Positions 29,233 through 37,707 of a DNA stretch of 64,000 nt are shown piece after piece; the stretch's first letter is position 1, and each line of letters begins with the position of its first letter. The notes beneath the pieces are model-generated. The model searched no databases and was not told the origin of the DNA. It saw nothing but the letters and a program-made list of their open reading frames with translations. This DNA is from Moheibacter sediminis (GTDB taxonomy: Bacteria > Bacteroidota > Bacteroidia > Flavobacteriales > Weeksellaceae). The DNA lies in NCBI RefSeq assembly GCF_900176425.1, contig NZ_FWXS01000009.1, positions 1-64,000 of the forward strand, read 5' to 3'. Made by a program: the position numbers and the translations under genes.

Positions 29233-29380
29233 GGAAAACCCCTAAAACCTTCAAGTCAAATTGCATACGATTGACGATGCCTTTCGGCAGAAAACCGCAC
29301 AATGGCGCTGTACAGAAACGCTCAACAAGACTTGCTTGATATTTTTAATCTTTTTTAAAAGAACTTCTCATTTTAAATTC

Positions 29381-29422
29381 TTGACAAATATTTTCACTTA
29401 TCTACGCAATTATTTTGCGTGG
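29381..29422 (-). promoter_or_regulatory. Third copy of the promoter/operator element (TTGACAAA ... ACGCAATTATTTTGCGT), positioned to drive the tRNA-like ncRNA and possibly read through to SPFH-NTase-NTase-rtcB
   Basis: tcttgacaaatattttcacttatctacgcaattattttgcgtgg has the same architecture as the other two copies. Confidence 0.5.
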
Positions 29423-29479
29423 ATAAAAATTCTTTAAAATAATTTTAAATTAAAAAAAGAGCCGCCGAAACGGCCCCAT

Positions 29480-29965
29480 TCACACGGCTAAGTCGGCGCA
29501 AGATGAACTTGCGAACGCATAAGGTTTGGCTCTGAAGGTGTAGCCCATTCCCAAAATGTAACCCATCGCATCCTTCAAAGCGATATTGGATTTGAAATCA
29601 GAATCGGTATTGATGTCGGCGTGGACTTCCATTTGGATGTCGTATTTGTCCAAAATTTCATGAATTGCGTAAGCGATCTCTACGGATTTTGCGACTTCAT
29701 TCAACATCCGTTCTTTGATGCCTATTTTCTGGACAATTCTTTCTTTACGGATAAAAGCAAATGCTCCTTTTCCTTTTCTGATGACCACAATTGCGGTTGC
29801 ATAGTGAACTTCATTTCCATAAACATGGGAATCGGATCCCACACATACTTTCAATTCGTATCCGTTTTTTAATTCTCTTTGAATGGCTTCTTCCAATAAT
29901 TCTTTAAGCGGATGTGTAAATACAATTCCGCTTAAATTTCTCCAGATTTCATTTTGAGCTTTCAT
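29480..29965 (-). CDS. Small cytoplasmic protein, possibly RNase H-like (YkuK/DUF458-type fold). Assignment is tentative.
   Basis: KVCVGSDSHVYGNEVHYATAIVVIRKGKGAFAF resembles an RNase-H-like strand-Asp-strand start. No firm signature, so low confidence. Confidence 0.3.
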   Translation of the reverse strand: MKAQNEIWRNLSGIVFTHPLKELLEEAIQRELKNGYELKVCVGSDSHVYGNEVHYATAIVVIRKGKGAFAFIRKERIVQKIGIKERMLNEVAKSVEIAYAIHEILDKYDIQMEVHADINTDSDFKSNIALKDAMGYILGMGYTFRAKPYAFASSSCADLAV

Positions 29966-29978
29966 GGTAATTTTTGTT

Positions 29979-30239
29979 TTATGGTGACGATTTTTTGATA
30001 CTGTCTTTTTTTGCATCAGCAAATATTTTGTACAAATCGGATGATGTTTTCACATCACTGACAACTTTTGCTGCATTTTTTGTACTTGCATTGTTCATTT
30101 CCACATTGTCTGCGTACTTGATGTAAGCTGGACTTGCATTGTCGATTGATTTTATCGCTTTGCTTGTGTTTTTACAGCTTCGAGTAAACGAGATTAAAGT
30201 TGCAAATGCAATCAATACGATACTTAGTATATTTTTCAT
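29979..30239 (-). CDS. Small secreted/lipoprotein-like hypothetical protein (86 aa)
   Basis: MKNILSIVLIAFATLISFTRSCKN signal peptide. The track ORF 29979..30398 over-extends into the tRNA-Pro region. Confidence 0.3.
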   Translation of the reverse strand: MKNILSIVLIAFATLISFTRSCKNTSKAIKSIDNASPAYIKYADNVEMNNASTKNAAKVVSDVKTSSDLYKIFADAKKDSIKKSSP

Positions 30240-30249
30240 AATTCTAATT

Positions 30250-30321
30250 TTTAATTTGTCTGGGAAGCAGGATTCGAACCTGCGACCTCCCGCGTCCAAG
30301 GCGGGTAAACAACCACCGTTA
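30250..30321 (-). tRNA. tRNA-Pro (anticodon TGG)
   Basis: Acceptor CTGGGAA/TTCCCAG; anticodon stem CCCGC/GCGGG with loop CTTGGAC; T-arm GCAGGTTCGAATCCTGC. Confidence 0.75.
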
Positions 30322-30332
30322 TCTTCCCAGAA

Positions 30333-30403
30333 TTTATTTTGCGGTTCATACGAGAATCGAACTCGTGGCTCCCGAGAGACAGCCGGGTAGGTTGCCATTA
30401 CCT
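30333..30403 (-). tRNA. tRNA with anticodon GTC (Asp-like; unusual T at position 37)
   Basis: Acceptor GGTTCAT/ATGAACC; D-arm AGGT-AATGGCA-ACCT; anticodon loop CTGTCTC; T-arm ACGAG-TTCGATT-CTCGT. Confidence 0.55.
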
Positions 30404-30405
30404 CA

Positions 30406-30490
30406 ATGAACCTTTGGTGGGAATGAAAGGATTCGAACCTTTTCAGCTATTGCATTGGTTTTACAGACCAACTCAACTCTCCAGCTTTGA
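30406..30490 (-). tRNA. tRNA-Tyr (GTA), type II with long variable arm and encoded CCA
   Basis: Acceptor GGGAATG/CATTCCC plus ACCA; anticodon stem TTGGT/ACCAA with loop CTGTAAA; T-arm AAAGG-TTCGAAT-CCTTT. Confidence 0.8.
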
Positions 30491-30497
30491 CGCATTC

Positions 30498-30569
30498 CCA
30501 ATTTTGTACTCCGTAGGGGAGTCGAACCCCTGATTGCTGATAGAAAGTCAACCGTCTTTACCGCTTGAC
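30498..30569 (-). tRNA. tRNA-Glu (TTC)
   Basis: Acceptor GCTCCGT/ACGGAGT; anticodon stem GTTGA/TCAGC with loop CTTTCTA; T-arm AGGGG-TTCGACT-CCCCT. Confidence 0.75.
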
Positions 30570-30574
30570 CAACG

Positions 30575-30647
30575 GAGCAGTTGTGATACCGGCAAGGTTC
30601 GAACCTGCGACTTGAAAGTTAAAAGCTTCCAGCTCTACCAACTGAGC
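30575..30647 (-). tRNA. tRNA-Lys (TTT)
   Basis: D-arm TAGCTCAGTTGGTAGAGC; anticodon stem GGAAG/CTTTC with loop CTTTTAA; T-arm GCAGG-TTCGAAC-CTTGC. The acceptor stem has one A·G mismatch, so the boundary is approximate. Confidence 0.65.
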
Positions 30648-31425
30648 TACTATATCTAAATTTATTGCATAAAAAAAGCGTCTCTTTTTGGGAGACGCTC
30701 AGTTATCGTAAATGAAATATATCTATTTCACCTGATTCTGGTTTTCTCCCACACAAATGGATTTTCTCCATTACAATCAATTCCAAAGGGTTTTACCCAA
30801 CTCGGCTGATATGTTTTATGTTCTAGTGATAATCTCATCTTGTTATTTTTTAATCTTGATAAATTAATTTTTGTTTTCTACTTATGACAATTTGATTTGT
30901 CATTTTTGACGGTGCAAAGATTAAATGAGTTTTTGAATTATGCAAATAAAATTTTGAATTAAATTATTGAAAATCAATAATTTACATTAATTTTTAAACA
31001 ATAAAACTCCTGTCCGCCTGCTGCAGATTGTCTTGAATTTTGCAACTGTCTGTCTCACATTTGCTTGGTAACTCACGCTACGTTTTTATATTTTTTCAAA
31101 TTCACTTAAAAAATTTCTCATATTTTTTTCATTTAAAACAAAAAGCGCCCGATATATACAATCGGACGCTTCAGAATTCAACTTATTTTTAGATATTTTA
31201 CATCAAAATTTTATATAAACTGAGTACATAACGTCCGTTTTCGTTCCAGAATCCTTTCGGTTCTAAACGGTAATCACACTGACTTATCAGTGATTGCATG
31301 GCATTATGTATTCTAATTTTTGTCATTTTTTCTGATGCAAAGATGCGGGATTTAGTTTAATTTGGAACTAATTAGATTTCAATTTAGAATAAAAACAAAG
31401 ATTTCTGCTTCACTACACATTTTTA

Positions 31426-32487
31426 TTGCGGAAAAATTATTTCCTTATTTTTAATTCAAATTTAAACAAAATGGCCATCAACAAAAATGCATTGATTCGA
31501 TACAAAACGATTGACAAATGTCTGCAAAACCATTATCGGAAGTGGACTTTGGAAGATTTTATCGAAGCTTGTTCCGATGCGCTTTACGAATATGAAGGTC
31601 GTGATGTAAACGTAAGCAAACGAACAATTCAGCTTGACATTCAGATGATGCGCAGTGACAAATTGGGCTACAATGCGCCGATTGAAGTTTATGAAAAAAA
31701 GTTCTATCGATATGCGGACGAGACATTTTGCATCACCGACATTCCGCTCACAGAAAATGATATGAATGTGCTTTCAGAAACGGTTGAAATGCTTAAACAG
31801 TTCAAAGATTTTTCTTTATTTGATGAGTTAGGCGACATCATTCACCGGTTGGAAGATAAAATATATACCGAAAAAACACATCGGCAGCCCATCATTCATT
31901 TGGACAAAAATGAACAATTGAAAGGTTTGGAACATTTGGAAGTTTTGTACCAGGCGATTTTGAAAAAATGTGTTTTGAATATCCAGTATCAATCTTACAA
32001 AGCGCGTGCGGCTTCAAAGATAACCGTTCACCCGTTTTTGTTGAAAGAATATAACAACCGATGGTTTCTGGTGGGTAAGACAAATGCAAATTCCGAGGTA
32101 AAAACCTTTGCGCTGGACAGAATTCAAAATGTAGATTTTGATTTGAAATCAGAACATCTCAATGAAAATTTCAACGGAGATGAATATTACAAAAACACAA
32201 TAGGAGTTACCGTTTTGGACGAAAAATATGTAAAAGAAATTATTCTGAAAATTGATTCGAGCAATGCGCCGTATGTGCTGACCAAACCATTTCACCATTC
32301 GCAGGAAATTATGGAAAAACATGAAGATGGAAGCATTACTTTTAAGATTTGCGTCGGCATTAATTTTGAACTGGAAAGATTGGTTCTAGGATTTGGAGCG
32401 TCAATTGAAGTGCTTGCACCTCGCGAACTCAGAAAACGTGTGGCTAAAATTTTAAGGAATGCTTCGGGGATTTATGAAACTAATTAA
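31426..32487 (+). CDS. WYL-domain transcriptional regulator (HTH-WYL-WCX architecture, YafY/PafBC/BrxR-like)
   Basis: The probable start is the internal MAINKNALIRYKTIDKCL (HTH-like). HPFLLKEYNNRWFLVGK is the WYL-motif region. Length is about 340 aa. Confidence 0.65.
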   Translation: MRKNYFLIFNSNLNKMAINKNALIRYKTIDKCLQNHYRKWTLEDFIEACSDALYEYEGRDVNVSKRTIQLDIQMMRSDKLGYNAPIEVYEKKFYRYADETFCITDIPLTENDMNVLSETVEMLKQFKDFSLFDELGDIIHRLEDKIYTEKTHRQPIIHLDKNEQLKGLEHLEVLYQAILKKCVLNIQYQSYKARAASKITVHPFLLKEYNNRWFLVGKTNANSEVKTFALDRIQNVDFDLKSEHLNENFNGDEYYKNTIGVTVLDEKYVKEIILKIDSSNAPYVLTKPFHHSQEIMEKHEDGSITFKICVGINFELERLVLGFGASIEVLAPRELRKRVAKILRNASGIYETN

Positions 32488-32490
32488 AAC

Positions 32491-32538
32491 AAAAAAAGCA
32501 CCTCATTTCTGAAGTGCTTTCTGCGATCCGGACGGGAC
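32491..32538 (+). repeat. attL: a 48-bp direct repeat of the tRNA-Asp 3' end plus its terminator hairpin
   Basis: aaaaaaagcacctcatttctgaagtgctttctgcgatccggacgggac matches 45966-46013 at 47 of 48 positions. Confidence 0.85.
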
Positions 32539-32629
32539 TTTTGATTTTATTTTATATGACTAATATGCAGATATTTATGGTCTTAAATCTTAGTGATTAT
32601 ATCTATAAGTCCACCTTGTAGTAAAACCC

Positions 32630-33043
32630 CTAACATAATAGAGTAGATAATACCAATGAAATCACATCAGGGTTTCCATACACTATAGCTCTAGATTCCT
32701 TAAGAGTGTATAATTGTATTTCCTCATTTTGATAAGTGCTGAGGTTATCAGTTTCCTCTACCAATTCAAAATATTTTAGTAATTCCTGCTTTAGATTTGG
32801 ATCAATTTCATCTAAGAAGATAACTACAGCCTGTAGGAATTCATCACAATAAAATATCAGTTCAATTTTATCTGTAGAATGATTCAGAAATTTCTTTACT
32901 TCTTTTCCAACATAAATGTAACTGTCATATCCTTTTATCCTGTCAGGTAGAATTTCTAAGTCAAATTCCAGGTTTTCATATTCCATTCCTATAGGAAAGG
33001 GTAAAATATCTGTTTTCATAGTTTTAGGGTATAAAAAAACCAC
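32630..33043 (-). CDS. Hypothetical protein (island)
   Basis: ORF only. Confidence 0.3.
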   Translation of the reverse strand: MVFLYPKTMKTDILPFPIGMEYENLEFDLEILPDRIKGYDSYIYVGKEVKKFLNHSTDKIELIFYCDEFLQAVVIFLDEIDPNLKQELLKYFELVEETDNLSTYQNEEIQLYTLKESRAIVYGNPDVISLVLSTLLC

Positions 33044-33081
33044 TCAAGTAGAGTGGTTGAATTCTTTTTTAAGCAAACCAA

Positions 33082-33537
33082 TCAATATATAGAAATTGTA
33101 AGGACTCCCAAATCATTTTTCATTTCAAACAAAATTAACATCTTCCCATCTTTCCAAGCTTGATTACTTGTTATGATATTTGCTTTTTTATTTAAATGGT
33201 TTAAGATAAATTGAATTGTTTCTGTACTAATTATATTTCCTTTAATGTCAGGTGTAATAATAAAAATAATCTTCTCTATTGCCTTATACTTTAGATTATT
33301 AATAACCATTAACTTATCCTGATCAATTAATTTATATTGGGTTGTGAAATAATTCCCATCATCGGAATAATCTCCCCTTTCCAAACCATTGTGATAGGGA
33401 GGTTCTGTGTATGCTTCTAAATTATTACCAGCACACGTAAAGTCAATTAAATTTTCATATAGAAAAGTCCTTTCCATTTTGGATTGTCCAAAAGATAAAG
33501 TAGCAAATAGTATTGGTATTATAAATATTGTCTTCAT
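33082..33537 (-). CDS. Secreted hypothetical protein (island)
   Basis: MKTIFIIPILFATLSFGQS signal peptide. Confidence 0.35.
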   Translation of the reverse strand: MKTIFIIPILFATLSFGQSKMERTFLYENLIDFTCAGNNLEAYTEPPYHNGLERGDYSDDGNYFTTQYKLIDQDKLMVINNLKYKAIEKIIFIITPDIKGNIISTETIQFILNHLNKKANIITSNQAWKDGKMLILFEMKNDLGVLTISIY

Positions 33538-33544
33538 AATGTAC

Positions 33545-33970
33545 TTATTTTAGATTTACGAAAAAGGATAAAATTCTTTTTTCTGAATTCACTCCAACTC
33601 TACAATTTCCATTTTCATAATATTTGATGTCTTTGTAAGAGTAAGAATACACAAAATCTAGAGTAAGAATTATTTGTGTAAGTGAATTAAAAGCTTCTTT
33701 AGTAGGTTGATATACAAGACTGAACATTTCATCATTTCTAACTATTGAAATGTTTTCTTTGCCTTCTATACTTGTTTTGGAGTAACCTTTTTGATAATAA
33801 TTAGGTTCATCAGTGGTTTTTACATATTTGAACCCTTTAGAATTTAAATCTACTTCGATGTAGTTATAATCCTGCTTAGCTAAATAATCATTTAATTTTG
33901 AATAACTTAGGGATTGAGCATTTAAAAATACTGGAAGAAATAGAAGAAAAGAGTAAATTAATATTCTCAT
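33545..33970 (-). CDS. Secreted hypothetical protein (island)
   Basis: MRILIYSFLLFLPVFLNAQS signal peptide. Confidence 0.35.
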   Translation of the reverse strand: MRILIYSFLLFLPVFLNAQSLSYSKLNDYLAKQDYNYIEVDLNSKGFKYVKTTDEPNYYQKGYSKTSIEGKENISIVRNDEMFSLVYQPTKEAFNSLTQIILTLDFVYSYSYKDIKYYENGNCRVGVNSEKRILSFFVNLK

Positions 33971-33985
33971 ATTTTTGATTTTTAG

Positions 33986-34462
33986 TTAAAATTTTGTGCA
34001 GGTTTTAAACAATAAAAGACCTACTGCCATAGGAAGTAAGATTTTTATAAATGAATAAACTGTATAATTAAAAGCTTCAGTAGAAGCCCCCTTAAATTCA
34101 TCAATAACTTCTCTCACAGAATTTTTAGCCTGCTTCTTTGCATTTTCCATCCATTTTTTTAAAATTTCATCTTGAAATTGATATTCTGAATATTCATAAC
34201 CTTGTTTGGTCTTACTTGAAGCAGCTTCTTCAGATTGATGTGTATGGTAAAAATTGTCATACTCAACATCATATCTTTGTTTGGCTTCTTCATCTTTGAG
34301 AACTAAATAAGCCTCAACAATGTCCTGCATTTTTTGGGTTGTGTCTTTATTTGGGTTTTTGTCAGGATGCCATTTTTTACATTCTGTCCTATATCCATTT
34401 TTTATTTCATCAATTGTAGCATTTCTCCCTATACACAGAATAGAGTAATAATCTTTAAACAT
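33986..34462 (-). CDS. J-domain (DnaJ-like) protein with a C-terminal transmembrane helix
   Basis: DYYSILCIGRNATIDEIKNGYRTECKKWHPDKNP contains the HPD tripeptide of J-domains. The C-terminal IKILLPMAVGLLLF is hydrophobic. Confidence 0.6.
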   Translation of the reverse strand: MFKDYYSILCIGRNATIDEIKNGYRTECKKWHPDKNPNKDTTQKMQDIVEAYLVLKDEEAKQRYDVEYDNFYHTHQSEEAASSKTKQGYEYSEYQFQDEILKKWMENAKKQAKNSVREVIDEFKGASTEAFNYTVYSFIKILLPMAVGLLLFKTCTKF

Positions 34463-34661
34463 TTTTGTCTAAATTTCTATTATCTGTATCTTTCTTTGGC
34501 AAGTACTTCCAGACACCAATAATTCCAAAAATTATAATTGCACCAGGTAAAAGTCTTATAAGCCCAGTAGAGTCATTTCCAGATTCAGAAATGACAGCTT
34601 GGATAATTACTCCTATAATAACAACTGCAATGCTTAAAAGTATTTTCACTAATATTCTCAT
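34455..34661 (-). CDS. Small 2-TM membrane protein
   Basis: 68 aa, two hydrophobic helices; overlaps the J-domain gene by 8 nt. Confidence 0.3.
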   Translation of the reverse strand: MRILVKILLSIAVVIIGVIIQAVISESGNDSTGLIRLLPGAIIIFGIIGVWKYLPKKDTDNRNLDKNV

Positions 34662-34726
34662 AGTATCTAAATTTTAAAATTGCCATATATGGCATTTAAT
34701 TCAACAAATATAAAACATTACTTGAC

Positions 34727-34960
34727 TTGCCAAATATGTCAAGTATGGAAAAATCTGAAATTCTTAAAGCTGTAGGTAAGAAAATCAAGGAATTAAGGGA
34801 GTCTAAAGGCTTATCTCAGGTTGATTTGGTTGGTAAAATAGAGGGTAAAATTGATACTACTAATATCTCAAGAATTGAATCAGGAAGAACCAATCCTACC
34901 CTTTATACTTTACACAGAATAGCTACAGCTTTAGAGATTGACCTAAAAGAATTCTTTTAA
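34727..34960 (+). CDS. XRE-family helix-turn-helix transcriptional regulator
   Basis: KELRESKGLSQVDLVGKIEG...ISRIESGRTNPTLYTLHRIATALEI is a Cro/C1-type HTH. Confidence 0.75.
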   Translation: MPNMSSMEKSEILKAVGKKIKELRESKGLSQVDLVGKIEGKIDTTNISRIESGRTNPTLYTLHRIATALEIDLKEFF

Positions 34961-35286
34961 TTTCTTTTGGGAACATAAGTTTTGTTTCCATTACTATTAA
35001 TGTAATATTGCCCACCTTTAGGACCCGTATGGATAGTTTTTCCTGAACCATAATTTTTAGCTTCTACTGAGTAATCTTTTGGTTTTGTACCCACTTCACC
35101 AGTATAAAGGTTTATATTTCCTTTAGTGGAATAGTTGTCATGGTTGGTTTTATTGGTTTGAGTTTTGTAATACCCATCAATATAAGTTCCTGTGCTTGGT
35201 TTGTAATAACCAGTCTGATACCTAACCTGAGAAAATACTAAAGATGAAAAGAGAAAGAATGCTGTGATTAAAAGTGAATTTTTCAT
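34957..35286 (-). CDS. Small secreted protein, hypothetical
   Basis: Signal peptide MKNSLLITAFFLFSSLVFSQ. Confidence 0.3.
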   Translation of the reverse strand: MKNSLLITAFFLFSSLVFSQVRYQTGYYKPSTGTYIDGYYKTQTNKTNHDNYSTKGNINLYTGEVGTKPKDYSVEAKNYGSGKTIHTGPKGGQYYINSNGNKTYVPKRN

Positions 35287-35367
35287 ATTGCTATATTTTA
35301 ATTGTTATTTTTATAGCAAAAGTAAAATGAAGTTAATCTCTTCTATGAAAGTTGCAAATTTGCAACT

Positions 35368-36552
35368 CTAAATAAATGGGGGCTCATACACATCATCTGG
35401 GTCTATTTCATCATTTGAGCTATTATTATATATAAGAGGAATGTATTTTAAATCACTGCCAAAAACAGCTCCATCAATTATATAGTTTTTCGCATATGAT
35501 TCTTCCATAGCATTATAAAATGCTGATTTAATCCTTGAAATGTGAGTGAAAATGGTTTTATTACCCAATTCAGTTATATCTCTAACACTTTGATTCATCC
35601 TATCCAAATCATTTTGGTTAGATATATTAAGATAAAAGCTCATTAACTCCTTTTCGTGTTTCCAAAGCTCACTGATTCTTATACCTTCAGGATGATTGTA
35701 GAAGAGTGCATAGACTGCTTTTGAAAGAGAATTAAGTTTAATTTCCAAATTATTAAAGTATGGAATATAAATTTTGTAGTCATCATCAAATTTAACTCCA
35801 CCAATAAGGTTCAAATCAACCTCATCTGACAAATCTTCTAAGGTCTTTTTCAGCAAGGGTAAAATATATAACCATTTACCAGATGCTTTTAACGCATCAA
35901 TTTCTTTGTTTATAGAATTAATTTTATTTAAAGTCTCCTCATCCAGACTTTCATCAATAGCTCTTGCAAATTCCGGATTTACTCTTCTACGAGAATTGAA
36001 TAAATTCTCATCATTTATTAACTTACTTTTTGTCCCATAGTCAATTATAAATTGTTTAGGGCTTTCAACTCTATTTATTATATCTTCATTGGTGTATTGA
36101 ATTACGTGAATGAGAGAGTCATAACAAATTATAAATCCAGATTTTATATTGCCTTTATATCCTAAATATTCAAGGAGTAATTTATTGTCTTTAGCACAAG
36201 AAGAGAAGTATTTAAAATTATCTTTTTCCTTTGCCATTATAAGGTGGAAAAGTTGATGGCTACTGAAATGGATCTTTTCATTCAGATGTGGAATGAAATA
36301 AGAAATCAAATCTTCTGTATTATCAGGAAAATCTGTTCCTGGAAGAAAGGTAAAATTATAACCAGCTTCATTAAATTCTTTTACTATGGTATCATGATGT
36401 TCTTTATAATAAAGGTTTAACTGAAAGTTCCCAATCAGGTCAAACACTATTACTGTTTTATCTAATGATTCAATTTTTGAAAGAGATTGGTCAATCTGAT
36501 TTCTTCTGAAACTATCTACATAATACCCCAAGAATTTGAGTTCTTCTATCAT
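35368..36552 (-). CDS. Hypothetical protein (394 aa), island cargo
   Basis: ORF with no recognisable motifs. Confidence 0.3.
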   Translation of the reverse strand: MIEELKFLGYYVDSFRRNQIDQSLSKIESLDKTVIVFDLIGNFQLNLYYKEHHDTIVKEFNEAGYNFTFLPGTDFPDNTEDLISYFIPHLNEKIHFSSHQLFHLIMAKEKDNFKYFSSCAKDNKLLLEYLGYKGNIKSGFIICYDSLIHVIQYTNEDIINRVESPKQFIIDYGTKSKLINDENLFNSRRRVNPEFARAIDESLDEETLNKINSINKEIDALKASGKWLYILPLLKKTLEDLSDEVDLNLIGGVKFDDDYKIYIPYFNNLEIKLNSLSKAVYALFYNHPEGIRISELWKHEKELMSFYLNISNQNDLDRMNQSVRDITELGNKTIFTHISRIKSAFYNAMEESYAKNYIIDGAVFGSDLKYIPLIYNNSSNDEIDPDDVYEPPFI

Positions 36553-36974
36553 ACCTGATTTTATTCCAAATTTAAATTATTTGAACAAAAAAAACATTAT
36601 ATCCTAATACGTAACTACTCCATTGAATTAATCCGTTTTTAGATCTAAATCCGTATAAGTATTGGATTTAAACCCTGCAATCATTATAATGCAGATTAAA
36701 AAAAGGCTATAATATTATGTAGATGTATATTTTATATAGGTCTATTTAAGTATGATTTTCAGGGATTTTGTAATCTTTCACACACCTTAATCAAAACTGC
36801 AAGAATTGTAAACTTTGTAGTTTTTGCTAGTTTCATTTGAATTAAAAAGTGACAAAGTGACTTTTTTTGTCAAAACTTTTTTCTGTAGATGAAAAAATGA
36901 TTTATTTTAAGTAAAATCACATTCGTAGAAAAATACTTTTCGAAAAAAAGGTCACTTCGTCACTGGGTTAAGAA

Positions 36975-37397
36975 TTATACAAAAGCTTCATCATACACTC
37001 CATTTTCAGAAAAAACTGAAGCATCAGCTTTAATAGGTTTAGATTCACTTTGGTTTGTTTCTTCTGGTAAATAAACCCACCTGTGAGATAAGATAATTTC
37101 TTCTCCTGTTTCCTGCACTACATACTCATAAGGCTCACATTCCTGTTTCTCAATAGAGCCTGGAATTTGTGTTCCAATTAACCCTTTACAAGTTACCTCA
37201 TCAAATGTTGATGGTATAATAGCTTTTTTAGCTGTGGCATAAAACATTCCTGTAGCTTTTGATTGGGTCATTTCAATGCCACCCTGTAGCTCCAGTACGA
37301 AAAATGAAGTTTCATCATCCTTTAATCTTTCTTTGTAGTTAACAATTGTTACCATTGGTTTTAAAAATTTTGAGTTAAACATTTGTTCCAAACACAA
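36975..37397 (-). CDS. Hypothetical small acidic protein (island cargo)
   Basis: ORF only. Confidence 0.3.
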   Translation of the reverse strand: MCLEQMFNSKFLKPMVTIVNYKERLKDDETSFFVLELQGGIEMTQSKATGMFYATAKKAIIPSTFDEVTCKGLIGTQIPGSIEKQECEPYEYVVQETGEEIILSHRWVYLPEETNQSESKPIKADASVFSENGVYDEAFV

Positions 37398-37707
37398 TAG
37401 AATTTCTGAAGAAATAAATATTCAGCTATCACCTTGAAGTTTTATATTCCTGCCTGAAAAAATCTTTCTATATAATTTGGGTACGGGGAGTTCCCCATTC
37501 CTACATAAGTGCGGGTGTTTGTTGGAGGAAGAGAGCAAATGCACAACCCCTTCAAAAAATTTTATAAAAATTTCAGATTATGGTTTTCCGTAATGTTATA
37601 TCTTAAATAATTTTTACTTTTGGAAAGCAGCGCTATGTAATCCTCTCTTTTTAAGATGAAAACTATATTTATATTTTTAAATTCAACACCTATTAAGATA
37701 ATATTTT

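Noticed and set aside
29033-29302. ORFs 29033..29224 (+) and 29081..29302 (-)
   Set aside because: They overlap the tRNA-like structured region and have no start context or motifs, so they are judged spurious.
29100-29340. Considered whether the tRNA-like region is tmRNA (ssrA)
   Set aside because: No GGGG...tRNA-like 5' end, no tag-peptide reading frame ending ...ALAA-stop, no 3' CCA-adjacent acceptor pairing; two T-arms instead of one.
29480-29965. Archease (RtcB cofactor) assignment for the 161-aa protein
   Set aside because: Lacks the archease N-terminal HTADxG-type motif; pattern fits an RNase-H-like start better, so left tentative.
30139-30533. ORFs 30139..30390 (+), 30339..30533 (+) and the N-terminus of 29979..30398 (-)
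   Set aside because: They are translations of the tRNA genes.
30662-30689. Hairpin plus T-run upstream of tRNA-Lys as a standalone terminator feature
   Set aside because: Its position (14 nt before a tRNA 5' end, no upstream gene on that strand for about 700 nt) makes its role ambiguous; described in a finding instead.
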